Origin: Octopus vulgaris
Taxonomy: Eukaryota
Direction of reading: 5' to 3'
Assembly (NCBI GenBank): GCA_951406725.2
Contig: OX597830.1
Coordinates: 60,264,001 to 60,328,000, forward strand
DNA: 64,000 nucleotides
Part shown: positions 13,933 to 27,500 of the stretch, piece after piece
Layout: each line of letters opens with the position of its first letter
Position numbering within the stretch: position 1 is the first letter of the stretch
The notes under the pieces: generated by a model
Seen by the model: the letters and a program-made list of their open reading frames with translations, nothing else
Told to the model about the DNA's origin: nothing
Databases searched by the model: none
Made by a program: the position numbers and the translations under genes

Positions 13933-16015
13933 CACAGAAAAAGCTAAGCGTGTAAAAACCCGTGTTAAAATTGCTACCTTTGATGTTCTATACTGATAAA
14001 TGGCAAGAAGAACCTCTCAATGGCAAATACCCAAAGAGAGCTAATAGTGCCAATGTTGACAAAAAAATCAGAAACAGAAGGGTTTATCATAGTAGCCCAA
14101 GATCAATGCCTACCTACAAGAAACTACCAGGCCAACACATTAAAGAACGGCAGCTGCCCAACATGTAGTGTATGTCAACAACAAAATGAAACCATTGATC
14201 ATGTTGTCTCCATGTGCAGTCCTCTTGCGCCTACAGAGTATCTCAACAGGCATGATAGAGCTGCACAATACATTCACTGGGTAATTTGCAAAAACCTGGA
14301 CTTGCCCCATGAAAAAAACTGGTGGGAACACAAAACACCTCCAGTGCTTGAAAATGACCACATCTCACTCCTCAAACTGACAGAAAGATAGATGCGAATA
14401 GGCCAGACATCATATTGAAAGACTTCAGACAAAGAACACGCCTCCTCATTGATATGACTGTCACAATCGATATAAACGTATCTGTCAAGACCTACCAAAA
14501 TCTGAGCAAGTATAAAGATCTTGAAATAGAAATTGGCAAAATGTGGAACCTCAAGACTAAAACAATACCTGTTGTCATAGGTGCCCTGGGAATGATAGCA
14601 AAAGGGGCTGATTGCTACCTTGCTCAGATACCAGGAAATCCCAAAATGACAGAAATTCAAAAGATAGTGCTCATGGTAACTGCCCATATCTTACGTAAAA
14701 TACTATGTATGTAATCTCAAATTTTAAAACAAACACATAATTTTCTAATGCTCTTTTAAACATTCCCTAGAACAATACTACAGGGGTTGGACAAAATAAT
14801 GGAAACACCTAGCATCATAGCATCATAATTTTGAAATATCTATAAAACCGTCAAAAGTTTGTTTATTTTTATGTTTTTTTCATTCATTATTAGTGTTGCT
14901 TAATATGTTTTGCTAAAATTGCTCTTTCTTTTCAGATATCATCACAAAAAGGTAATTAAAATTCATTAAAATGACAGATCTATCGGATTTTCAAAGAGGT
15001 CAAATTGTTGGTGCTCGTATGACAGGCGCTGGCGTAACGACAGGGACCGTCGGACTCTTATGCGAGTTGTTAGAAAGGATCCCAAAAGTACAGCTCCCAA
15101 CATTACTGAAGAGCTTAATGACAACCGCGAGAACCCAGTTTCCACAAAAAATGCTCGCCGGGAGCTGCACAAAGCCGGATTTCACGGGAGGGCTGCAATC
15201 AGAAAACCACTACTTTCAAAAACAAATGTTGTAAAACGTTTAGAGTGGAGTAAAAACCCACAGAATTGGTCCCTAGAGCAGTGGAAGAACGTTATTATCT
15301 CGGGCGAGTCATCCTTTACCTTATTTCCGACCACCGGCCGATTATACGTGTGGAGACAGCCAAAAGAAGCATTTGACCCAAACTGCTTTCTTCCAACTGT
15401 TAAACATGGAGGATCTGTGATGATCTGGGGTGGGGGTTTAAATCTTGGAAAGCCACCGGCTCAATGGTTTTCCTTCATGGCAGAATTAATAGTCAAGACT
15501 ATTTAAGCATTTTATCTGATCAAATTCATCCTATGGTTGTTGAACTATTTCCGGGGGGAAACACAATCTTTCAGGATGATAATGCATCACTTCACACAGC
15601 TGAAGTTGTTACTGAATGGCCCGAGGAACATTCTAGTGAATTTGAACATCTTATCTGGCTACCACAGTCCCCAGATCTGAATATTATTGAACATTTACGG
15701 TGCATTTTAGAAAAACTCCACCGTCATCACTACAAGAACTGGGGACTGCTTTAACTGAATAAGTGAAAAAATTCCCTTGGAAACAATTCAAACTTTCTAC
15801 GTGTCTATACCTCATAGAATTCAAGCTGTAATTACTGCCAAAGGCGGTCCTACCCTATATTAAAATAAATTTGTTTGAAATTTTAAGGTGTTTCCATTAT
15901 TTTCTCCAACCCCTGCATGTGCAAAACCAAACATATGACGCCGTAAGCATAACACCAACATGAACTTTTAACTTGGGTGAAACCTGATACTAACGTGTAC
16001 AAAAGTCAAACATAC

Positions 16016-16016
<1 letters not shown>
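13933..16016 (+). mobile_element. 5'-truncated R4/Dong-type non-LTR retrotransposon (CCHC knuckle plus restriction-like endonuclease), interrupted in its 3' UTR by a Tc1 element
   Basis: CSVCQQQNETIDHVVSMC, RHD, NRPDII, LIDMTV..KYKDL, IPVVIGALG motifs; 3' UTR ends in (TAA)n; homologous to 45927-46605. Confidence 0.9.
14781..15915 (+). mobile_element. Tc1-like DNA transposon with DD36E spacing, internally deleted and frameshifted
   Basis: 30-bp TIR CAGGGGTTGGACAAAATAATGGAAACACCT; TA on the left, CA on the right; MTDLSDFQRGQIVGAR, ESSFTLF, FQDDN-...-QSPDLNIIE with 36 residues between D and E. Confidence 0.92.
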
Positions 16017-16092
<76 letters not shown>

Positions 16093-16133
16093 TGATAATA
16101 ATAATAATAACAACAACAACAACAGCAACAATA
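16017..16133. repeat. (TAA)n/(CAA)n tract at the LINE 3' end
   Basis: Direct inspection. Confidence 0.9.
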
Positions 16134-16134
16134 A

Positions 16135-16325
16135 TCTTTTCTACTATAGACACAAGGTCTTAAATTTTGGAGGAAGGGTTCAGTCGATTACATCGACTCC
16201 AGTATTCAACTGGTACTCTCAATTTATCGACCCCTAAAGGATGAAATTTGAACCCAGAACGTGAAGACAAACGAAATGCCGCTAAGCCTTTTGCCCGATG
16301 TGGTGCTAACGAGTCTGCTTGCTAC
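16135..16325 (-). mobile_element. SINE family B
   Basis: Contains TTTATCGACCCC..AAGGATGAAA, the reverse complement of the conserved central domain. Confidence 0.7.
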
Positions 16326-16844
16326 ATTGGCAGTAGTACAAAACCGAAATACAAAAGACAACACAAAACAGCAGGGATTTTTCTATTGAATAACAATAAA
16401 GATATATTAATAAATATATTACAATAAATATCAATAATGATTCAAAGCAATGAAATATCGACAAGAAAGGATCCCCCAAATAGGAAGGGCACCCGTATTG
16501 TGATTTCCGGCAGCCACACACTCAATCCCGGATTAGTTTGAAGCATATAATCAAGTGCATGCATCGTTGGCCTGCTTCCAGTTTAATGACGCATCGCTAG
16601 TACTGTAAACCCATTTAACTACTTCACTCTCATTCATTTCTTACAAACAAGCGAAAGAGGGAGTCTTCACGTGATTGATCGACCTGCTAGAAATAGCAGA
16701 CAAATCTCCCTCAAATAAGGCATATCATAAGCGTTAAATGTGATGCAAGGTTTCCTGTTCATAGGAAAATTCATTACTGCAATGCCTTTGATATGTTCGA
16801 TTAGGATTGACCTACGCTTAAACAACAAAAACATTCTAAAAATT

Positions 16845-17051
16845 GGTTTAAATTTTGACACAAGGCCAGCAACTTCGGGGAAGTAGGTAATTACATCGAC
16901 CCCAGTACTCAAATGGTTCTTATTTCATCGACCCTTAAAGGATGAAAGGTAAAATAATCTCGGTGGGATTGGAACTCAGAACATAAAGACGGACGAAATG
17001 CCGCTAAGCATTTTGCCCGGCGTGCTTACGATTCTACAAGCTCACCGCCTT
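16845..17051 (-). mobile_element. SINE family B
   Basis: Matches the 41707 copy in reverse orientation. Confidence 0.75.
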
Positions 17052-17923
17052 AACACCACTTCAAATATTATAGGAAGTTAGTAGTTCCCGCTTTATACTC
17101 GACTCTCTTTTCAAGTGCTACTTCGTGATGGTGTGAAAAGGTGGTCTGATAAGAAAAGCTATTCCCCAAGCATTTCAACTGTGCCCACTTCGTATCTTCT
17201 TTCACTATAGCCATCAGACAGAGGTAGACTACGCTCCTCTTTCTTACCAAAGGAAAACGGTGTCTAGATCTTCACAATGATTTGGTTAATAGTTGGACTC
17301 GGTCCGTACCTGATAACAGCTGTTTCACTTAAACCCACATATCAGAGATGCAGGGGATTAGATTTTCTTCGACTCTCTTTTCACTCTGAGTTCAAATTCA
17401 GCCAATGTCAAATTTAACTCTCGTCCTTCTGCGGTCGATAACTAAACTACTCCATAACAAGTTCTTGAATCAATGCAATTGTTTCATGCAATTTCTGGTC
17501 CTGGACCTAAATTAAAAACGATTATTGTCATTGTAAGCGCGATAAGTCACCAGTTTCGTCAGAGCCGAGAAAATGGATTTTGATATTTTGTTCCATTTCT
17601 TTCTGTTCTGAGTTCAAATCCTGTCGAGGTCAGCTTTATGAAACAAACCTCCGCAGTTGATCAAATTTAAATATCAGTTAAGTACTCAGATTCCAAGCTT
17701 TGCGTCTACGTCAGAAACAATTATAATTTGAGATTGTTGGATCGTTAATGAATCGGACGAAATACATTACGGTATTCGTTCTGACTCTTACGTTCCGAGT
17801 TCAATTCAGCGATTAACTTTGCTTTTCATCCCCTTCGGGATGGAATAAAACAACAGTCAACTACTTGGACCGATAATATCAAATACACTCCTTTCCACAA
17901 AATTGCCAACCCTACGTTTAAAA

Positions 17924-17992
<69 letters not shown>

Positions 17993-18013
17993 TATTATTA
18001 TTATTATTATTAC

Positions 18014-18076
<63 letters not shown>

Positions 18077-18079
18077 TAC

Positions 18080-18119
<40 letters not shown>

Positions 18120-19710
18120 GAGTGAGAGAGCAGTACATGTCATCAAAGTGACACTGGGGTAAAATATGCGAAGCCCAGTATACCCATCATGACTATCCGT
18201 CAGATAAGGGTACACCAGGCACATGCATCACAACCATATGTGCGCGACATGATGATCTCATATCAAGATAAACAGCACACGACCTTGCAGGTGGGGCCCA
18301 GTTAGAATTTTCTTCCGATTCGTGGTGAAACGGTTCCTGAATAAGGATTGTTTAAGGATGTTGAACAAACCACCCGTGTTTCCGAAGGTGAATTATCCAA
18401 ACCTCCAAGAATTCTTTTCAAAACACGGCTATGATGCTCCCCCACTACTTCTGCTCATGATCAGAGATGCATATATCGTCAGCCACTAAGGGACATGGTC
18501 AACTGGTTAATGTCAAACAACTGACAAGCAAATCTGTGGTATTGAGCAGAATATTTGCTGTAGCCCTTAAGCTCTATGGGATACCAGACAAAATCATCTC
18601 TGCCACCAAGGTCCTCTACACAGATACGTCTTCAACCATCTTAACCCCTGACGGAGAAACATTATCTTTCTCAATCAAAGCCGGAATACTGCAGGGAGAC
18701 ACACTCGCCCCACTTCTTTTCATCATTGTCGTTGACTATGTGCTACGTATGTCAGTTGATACCATCTCTGGCAAGGGCTTTGAAATAAAACCAAGAAGAA
18801 GTTCCAGACACCCAGCTGAATACTTGACAGACACTGACTTTGCTGACGACATCGCTCTTATCAGTGATTCTCTCTCCAATGCCCAGTCTCTTTTACAATC
18901 TCTCGAACAAGCCTCAAATTGTGTAGGTCTTTACCTCAATGAGGCCAAGACTGAATATATAAACAAGTGCCTGTCCAACAGTGATTGCATCATCCATACT
19001 CTCAACAATGCACCCTTAAATATGGTTTCTGATTACAAATATCTTGGGTCATACATATCATCATCTGGAAAAGATTTTCTAACTAGAAAGGGTATGGCCT
19101 AGTCAGCCTGTAATGACATGCATAAGATCTGGTCATCAAATCTAAGTAGAGACTTCAAATTTGAAATATTCAAAGCCACAGTCGAACCAATTCTACTATA
19201 TGGCTCAGAAACCTGGACGTTATCAAAGAAGCTTGAGAGGCGGTTGGATGGAACCTACACTCATCTCCTTATGAGAGCTCAAAATCTCTCGTGGAAGCGC
19301 CATCCAACCAAAATGCAAATATATGGGAAACTACCACCTGTGTCATCTCTTGTGAAAAGTAGGAGAGTAGTTTGCTGGACATTGTTGTAGAGCTGAAAAA
19401 GAGGTAATTTCTACTCTTCTCCTCTGGAAGCCATCTACTCGCAATACCAGAGGGCGCACACTCTCCTACCCTGATGTAATCTCCAGGGATACAGGCATCC
19501 AGCAACAGGACTTCCGTAATGCTATGATGGACCGTGAAGTCTGGCGTAGCATAGGAAATTCCATTGTCTCGACCACGGTCGAACAATGATGAATGATGTT
19601 GATGCTGTAGCCCATCTTTTATACCAAGACAAAACAATGTACATGATACCACTTCCAATCAGTTAAGATCAGAAGCCATGAGAGCCACTGCCTGGTACTG
19701 CATCAGGGCA
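18120..19710 (-). mobile_element. ~560-bp non-coding element embedded in (TAA)n (family D), interrupted by an RTE fragment
   Basis: 18120-18566 plus 19614-19710 aligns with the uninterrupted copy at 20242-20771. Confidence 0.8.
18567..19602 (+). mobile_element. 5'-truncated RTE-type LINE (RT C-terminal half) with 11-bp TSD TGCTGTAGCCC
   Basis: GILQGDTLAPLLF, DFADDIAL, YKYLGS, LLYGSETWTL motifs; (GAT)n-like tail; TSD at 18556-18566 and 19603-19613. Confidence 0.92.
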
Positions 19711-19760
19711 TTATCATCATCATCATCATCATCATCATCATTATTATTATTATTATTATT

Positions 19761-20196
19761 CAGTAGTTTTATTTTTATAGCGTGCTTTCACTTCACTACC
19801 GAGCGCAGCTCTGTGTGCCTTGGGTATGTGCTGTGATTTGTTCTGATGCTCTGATGGTTATTGTATGGAAAGTGTTCTGCGTAGGATGTGTGCAGTGCCT
19901 AGTAGTGCAATTTTCTGTATGTTATATGTGTTTGTAAGTCCAGGTGTTTTTGTTATGTATTTGTCTGAATATTTTTTTATCATGCCTAATGCACCTACTA
20001 TGATAGGAATTGTTTCTGTTTTTAGATTCGACATTCTGGTTACCTGTATTTCCAGGTCTTTGTATGTTGAAAGTTGCTCTATTTCTTTTAGAGACACGTT
20101 GTCATCTGCCGGTATTGATACATCAATTAGAAAGCATTTTTTTTCTTCATGATCTCTGACAACTATATCTGGTCTGTTGGCCTTAATTTCTCTATC
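19761..20196 (-). mobile_element. R4/Dong-type LINE 3' fragment, second family, between (TAA)n tracts
   Basis: KANRPDIVV..FLIDVSIP..YKDLEI..IPIIVGALG..GTAHILRRTL. Confidence 0.85.
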
Positions 20197-20197
20197 T

Positions 20198-20241
<44 letters not shown>

Positions 20242-20771
20242 GAGTGAGAGAGCAGTTCATGCCATCAAAGTGACACTGGGGTAAAATATACGAAGCCCAA
20301 TATACCCATCATGACTACCCGTCTGATAAAGGTACACCAGGCACATGCATCACAACCATATGTGCGCGACATGGTGATCTCATATCAAGATAAACAGCAC
20401 ATGACCTTGCAGGTGGGGCCCAGTTAGAATTTTCTTCAGGTTGAGTAGCCCATCCCGCTCAAAAGGTCCCTGAATAAGGGTTGTTTAAGGATGTTGAAAG
20501 AACCACCCATGTTTCCAGAGGTGAACTATTCAAACCCCAAAGAATCCCTCTCAACACATGGCTATGATGCTCCCCCACTACTTCTGCTGGTGATCAGAGA
20601 TGCACATATCGTCAGCCACTAAGGGACATGCTCAACTGGTTAAGGTCAAACAACTGACAAGCAAATCTGTGGTATTGAGCAGAATATTTGCTGTAGCCCA
20701 TCTTTTATACCAAGACAAAACAATGTACCTGATAACACTTCCAATCAGTTAAGATCAGAAGCCATGAGAGC
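20242..20771 (-). mobile_element. Family D non-coding element within (TAA)n
   Basis: Paralog of 18120-19710; flanked on both sides by (ATT)n. Confidence 0.8.
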
Positions 20772-20841
<70 letters not shown>

Positions 20842-20864
20842 TATTATTATTATTATTATTATTA

Positions 20865-20925
<61 letters not shown>

Positions 20926-21499
20926 GCTTTCTGTATTTCTGGCACATAGATATAACATTAAAGTATGAGTGAATGATGCACAGCAAGAAGAGAAGTACCT
21001 CTCTATTAATAAAACTATGATTTCAATATGAACCCCCTTCGAAGCGATATCAGTAAAGTAGTCTGTAATATCTAATTAAAATAGTAAAATACTATTGAAA
21101 CCACATACAGCTTAGCCGTTCCAGTACGATGCTGCACCTGTGATGATAAACCTCTCCATACAAGGTCCTTACAGAATGTATAGTGTATGGCATCTAAAAT
21201 CTGACGAAAACTGAATTATGTATACACAAGAAATGAGAAAGAAATAATGGAATTAGTCATCGTACAAACAACTACAACACCTGTCAACAGAAATATAAGA
21301 AATTGAGAAACGGTTGAATGTACGATGAAAATGAGCGACCACAAAATATAATTGAGCCAGTACTTGAAAATGAAAGAAAACCACATGAGTGGATTCAATG
21401 TGGAAGGCTATGAAGTTTCTATAAAAACTATCATACACCAAGTGAGACAGTTACAACGTATACAAAACAAGGACAACTACACGTATATTTATATTGCAT

Positions 21500-22230
21500 T
21501 TGACTTTTCATAGCACAACATGATACAATGTATTTATTAAGATGCTCGTAACCAAAGACATTAACCACCACATAATAGTGGTTGATGGTCCTAAATGTTT
21601 AATTCTGCTGTCAATTTTAACATTATGTGTGTTATTTACATATTTATTTTGGCGGCATTCTATTGGAATATGGGTCTGGCTTCCATTTTCTATTTTTGTG
21701 AGGAATTTCATGGAGTATTTACGTATTATCTCGTATTTTCTCATTTTGTTTGGTCGTGTGTGGTCTAATGTTTTGCAATGGCTTCTTTTTATAAGTACAT
21801 GATGAGCCAACGAATGAACGTTGCACTATGTTCAATGTAACGGCTGGAGTCCAATAGTTTGCAACTTTCAGTCTTACTCCAAAATTTATAGATTACATTG
21901 ACCACACGTATAATTTGGTCTCGGGTTTACAAGACTGTAGTCTGCCATTGATAAGGAAGCTTTTAATTTAGATCTTTTTATAGTAGATATTTAGTTTAAG
22001 ATTCTTGTCTGCTTTGCATTTTGAGTACCATTTTACGAGTGTCTTGATTATATGTTCGTCTGCACGATAGTTTGTATGCATTAGATTCCTGTAATTGATT
22101 TTGTCTGATTTGCGTATATTTATTGGATGTATTCCCCGATGTATTTGTTGTGTTGTATTTGTATCTATATTCATTTATAGCTCGGTCTACTAGTCTTTCA
22201 GAATATTCGTTGTTGATTAATGTGTTTCAT
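21500..22230 (-). pseudogene. Penelope-like element remnant (linker plus GIY-YIG endonuclease)
   Basis: YRNLMHTNYRADEHIIK..LKLNIYYKK followed by NVIYKF...YIEH (GIY-YIG-like), with stops. Confidence 0.65.
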
Positions 22231-22509
22231 ATTGTGAATTTCTTCCTCTGGTGCCTTGTTTGTAGATGAAAATCTAAATGCTCCTTTAAGTGGTGATTTT
22301 TACAAACAGCATTGATTGTCTCCCTTTTGCGAATAAATGATCTGCTGTAAGCAATTGGAGCAGTTTCAGATTCAGTGGACATCTCAATGTATTTGCACTG
22401 ATGACAGCCATATTACTGCGGTAGTCGTCCCCCTTCAACATATATTTTGTCTTAAACCATAGCTTATCCCGGACAAAAATCGCAGTGACTTACCTGTCAA
22501 CGATTTCTT

Positions 22510-23122
22510 TATGTTTTACTTCTCCCAGCCACTTGACCGCGGCCATGCTACTGCACTGATTTGAGGGGGTTTAATTGAACGAATTGATCCCTGTACTAGT
22601 ATTTTTAAGTTTCGTACTTCCTCTATCGGTATCTTACACTAAAATCACTAGTTTACATAAACGTAAACAAACCAGCACCGGTTGTCAAGCCCTGATGAGG
22701 AAACAAACACAAGGAAACGCTATATACATATATTCTTTTACTTGTTTCAGTCATTTGACAGCGGCCATACTGGAGCACTGCCGTGGGATTTTTTAGTCGA
22801 ACAAATCTACCCCAGGACTATTTTTAAGCCTAGCACTTATTCAATCAGTTTCTTTAGTTGAACCGCTAAGTTACGAGGACGTAAACACACCAACACCGGT
22901 TGTCAAGCAGTGAGGGGGAACAAACACACACAAACACACACACATGCTTACACACTCATAATATATATATATACACACACACATACAGGCTTCTTACAGT
23001 TTCTTTCAATCAAACCCACACACAAGGCTTCGGACAGCCCAAGGTTAGAGTATCACACAGTGGGATTGAACCCGGAACAATATGGCTGAGAAGCAAGCAT
23101 CTTACCACACAACCACGCCAGA

Positions 23123-23177
<55 letters not shown>

Positions 23178-23420
23178 ATGGGCTTCTTTCAGTTTTGCAT
23201 ACCAAATCTACTCACAAGGCTTTGGTCGGACCGGTGCTATAGCAGAAGACACTTATCCAAGGCGACGCACAGTGGGACTGAAGCCGGACTATGAATATGG
23301 GGAAGCTTCGGGGTCGATTAAATAAGTACCAGTTACGCACTGGGGTCGATGTAATCGACTTAGTCCCTTTGTCTTTATTTGTCCCCTCTATGTTTAGCCC
23401 CTTGTTTGCAATAAAGAATT
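22510..23420. mobile_element. Cluster of degenerate SINE A copies (-) and a SINE B 3' part (+)
   Basis: Repeated SINE A motifs (CTTGTTTCAGTCATTTGAC, AACCGCTAAGTTACG); SINE B tail from ~23307. Confidence 0.75.
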
Positions 23421-24421
23421 ATTTTTAAATGTCTAAATGTTTGAGACCACTTGCTGTTAATTAGATAATTATTTTCTTTCAAAGTTATTCTCAGTTTATA
23501 TACGCGTATCACATTCACATCACGACTGCTTGCAACTGTAGCTGAGTGGGTAAGTACCTTATTGTTAGTAGATTAGAAATAACGCTTCTGAGTTCGAAGA
23601 TCGAACCTTAAACAGCAAAATGTATATCTAAATACGGGAAAAAAACTCCTTTCATCTCTAATATTGTGAACCGAAATTTTAAAATTCTAACAAGGGAGAT
23701 CGATAATAATTCCTGCAGCAATCGGTGCATTTGTTTAAATTTGAAAAATAATCGATACTAAAGCTGCTGAGAACGCTTCGTGCACCCAAAGACATTAGGA
23801 ATTGAGAAGTTTGATCGTATGATCACTATCCGCATTCTTCATAGAATATTCTCCTCGTTGCAATTCAGTTAGAAAATGCACTTGTTTCGCTATTGTATTA
23901 AGTACTTCGTTTCGTCTACCTTCTCCTTCTATATACAATAATACGAAACAGAATTGCTATTACTGTGATTTCTGATACAGGTCTCCAAATTTAGGGAAAG
24001 CATAGAGTTCAATATATTGATCCCAGTATTTGGATATATCAGTTTACTGGTTTCTAATTTTGTGGTACTAGGCCAGCAATTTCGGGGGAGTGGTTAAATC
24101 TATTAGGTCGATGCCCGTGCTCAATTGACAAAGGAAAGATACAGTAAAAGATAATCAAAGTGGGATCTGAATAATAAACGTAAAATCTTGTAATACCGCG
24201 GATATTTCGGCTGACGCTCTTCGGATTATGCAATCAAACACCAACAACAATGATTTCTAACATCGGTTACGATTCTTGTAGAAGAGTGTATTTCATTGAT
24301 TTAATCGATTTCATTAAGTGACTGTTACTTATTTGAATGATGAAATATAAAGTCTACTTTTAGTATAATACTATCTATTTCTATTACTCAGCTGATCTAA
24401 AATATCAACACACATCTTTTA

Positions 24422-24658
24422 TCTTTTACACTGTACTTGTTTCAGTCATTAGACTGCGGCCACGCTGGGGCACTGCTTTGAAGAATTTTAGTTGAATAAA
24501 TCGACACCAGTACTTTTTTTTTAATCCCGATACTTATTCTATCGGTGTGTTTTGTCGAACCGCTAATGTCACGGTGACGTAAACACACCAACACCAGTTG
24601 TCAAGTGATGGTGGGGAACAAACACAAACGCAAAAAAGACACACACACATGTATAAAT

Positions 24659-24706
<48 letters not shown>

Positions 24707-24749
24707 AGAGAGAGAATGGGTCTTTTCACTTTCCATCTGTCAAACCCAC

Positions 24750-24750
<1 letters not shown>
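24422..24750 (-). mobile_element. SINE A, degenerate, followed by (TAG)n
   Basis: Tail and body motifs; (GTA)n at 24750-24822. Confidence 0.7.
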
Positions 24751-24822
<72 letters not shown>

Positions 24823-25199
24823 CTTCAAGCAAATTTCTACACAGTTTGCATTAATGAAATTGTGTATTTACAAGGTATTGGTCCATCGGAGGTTATTGTA
24901 CAAGGTATCTTTTGAAGGTGTGGCTTGGGATCGAATCCAGCAACATAGTTGCAAATATATCAAATAAGTTCCAAGGAAATGCTGGACCAAAAACACTACT
25001 GGGCTGTTACACGTTTATTCCACACTCTACAAAGCGTCGTACGAGATATGCGAAAAGTAATACTGAAAGTTAACACAAATATTAATCTTCAACGTATTTT
25101 GGTGATGTGCAGACATTTTACGATAAACAATAAAATAATCTCGGAAGCATAAATAAAACAATTCATACACCGAAAAGAAAAGTGATCATGTGACCAAAA

Positions 25200-27500
25200 G
25201 TGACCAAAAGACAACTAACCATGGCTAAAATAAAGATAAACTTGTACAAACTAATGAAGTTAGTGGAAATTAGTCCACAAAATACAAACACATAAGGCGT
25301 ACAACAACAAGATAACAATAGAAATAACCACATATCTAACAAATGAACATTAATTTTATCTTACATAGAAAGAACAAGGTAGAAAAGGAAAGCAAAAATA
25401 TACAGAGAGCAAATAAAAACGTTAAACGATGGTGGCTTCCACACAACTCCTTGTGGAAAAACCTACCAAATACCCAAACACAATATACAATATTCCCACA
25501 CTTAGCAACAAACAATAAAAACACCCAGCATAACAATCTAATCACAGCCAGGAATATGGAAAATTTATCTGAAAAAAAAAATGGAAAAAGAAATATTAGT
25601 AACTACATTAAACAAGAATCGACGAAAACGCCCCACCAAGCTACGATTTAACAAACTCGTCCATGAAATGATAGATTAATGCAAGATGCCTCAAGAAATT
25701 CTTTTAGCCAGAGTAGTATCGAGGGAAATCAGGATCAATTTTAATAGAATAAGAACCTTTTGAACAAAGAAGCAGTGGAAAAAAAATATAATTGAATTGG
25801 AAAGAAAGACTGAAAAAAAAATCCCTCGGTGAAATTGAAAATGTGGAGGATCTAATGATAGAATGGACAGTAGTAAACCAGATATATTTCGAGTGTAAAA
25901 AGACATCCTGGAAGTGAAAGAAAAACTTAAGTCATCTTAGCCAAGTCAGAGCGGATATACATGCTGTGAAAAGTGTGAGCACTTCTTTGATGAGAGTATG
26001 TTATTTGAAACAAATAGCAAAGCATTCCAGAGGGACATCCAATACCCCAGGGTCTTAACAAGTAAAAACACAAGGAATAATGTAATCCTGGATACAATGT
26101 GTCTGGGAAAATGGAATAGTCACGGTTGGAACGCCTGTAATGATAGATATCTCGGCTAAATAACAAAAACAGAGACATTCAAAAAAAGTAAAATAAATAA
26201 ACTAATACAGTATTAAATTACACACCAACCTCAGCTGAGACAAAATATCTTGGAAGAAAATATGGAACAGAAACATTCAGCCCAATCGATGCATACAATG
26301 GATTAAACAAAAAGGGAAGAGAGAATGGTTTATCACACACACAGCCCAGCACAACTTGCAGGGAATTCACTAATGCAATAATAAAGAATGTTGCTAACTA
26401 CAGAAAATCTCTCGGGGTTTATAGTCTCCAATATATGGCTAAAATATCTAACCAGTATTGATGAATCTCTGACAAGAGCATTCAGTAGACTCTACTAAAC
26501 AAATTAAAATCAATACCCGGCTGGCTGTTAGAAGGGGAAACACTATTGATTCTCAAAAATAAAGCATCAGATACCCCGAACAACAAATCAAAAGCATGTT
26601 TGCCATCAGCTACACCTACACTCTACAACAGGTATGCTGTTCAACTGGAAATTAATGGCTGAGAACAGAAAGGGAAAAGATGTATTGTTGCACAGAACAG
26701 TTATTAGTGAATTGGGCAAATACTGAAGAGTGTGAGAAAAGACAGATAAACTCAAGCATAGAATCGATTGATTCTAGAAAAAACATTTGATAGAACACCA
26801 CACTTTTGAATACTGGAAACACAAGAACGTAGGTTCCACTCTAAGGCAGTACAACAACAGTACTATGTCCAAATAGAAAACGGCAATATTACTGCAAGAC
26901 AGAACATAATAAAAATCTGCTTTTTCACCATAACAAAAATGAGTTTTTTTCAGAAAATTAAAACGGAATCATCCCTTATGATTAGACAACATTGATACAA
27001 CTCAGCAGACAGAAATAAAAGAGGAAGTTACAAAATAATATTGTGAAGCAAATGCTTCAAACTCAGTACAAGAAGTAAAATAATATGTACAGATACCCGA
27101 GCCAGCTCAAGCATAAATTACTTGATTCAATATGGTAATTTGGATATGAAGTGAACAGAGCCCAACGAGGAAAATCAGCAAACTAATGATTACATTACTT
27201 CAATCTTCAAGTCGATATAGAACGATATAGAAAAATGAGAGATAGAGATAAGCAAGTCTGGTGACTCTTACGAAGGTTAGGTAGGGTAAAAAAATAACTA
27301 TGGAGCAAGGTGTCTGAAAATATTGTTAATTTTGGAACAAATACTTGAAACAGTTGGTAAAATTGGTGAAGAGATAACTATGGAAGAACAAGAAAACTTC
27401 ATATTTTGGAAGGTTATAAAATACTTCCAGGATTTTTCCTTTAATGATTTAATCAGAGCAATAAGTAAACGGCATCCATGGATCTGGTCAATGTTGATGA
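25200..27500 (+). pseudogene. Heavily decayed R4/Dong-type LINE reverse transcriptase region
   Basis: Frame-broken WLKYLTSIDESL, IPGWLLEGKTLLI, EQKG, EQLL and ID-RKTFD-TPH segments at ~26400-26820 resemble RLE-LINE RT domains; boundaries approximate. Confidence 0.6.

Noticed and set aside
17305-17350. Hammerhead on the minus strand (GAAACAGCTGTT)
   Set aside because: Core reads CTGATAT and neither stem I nor stem II forms.
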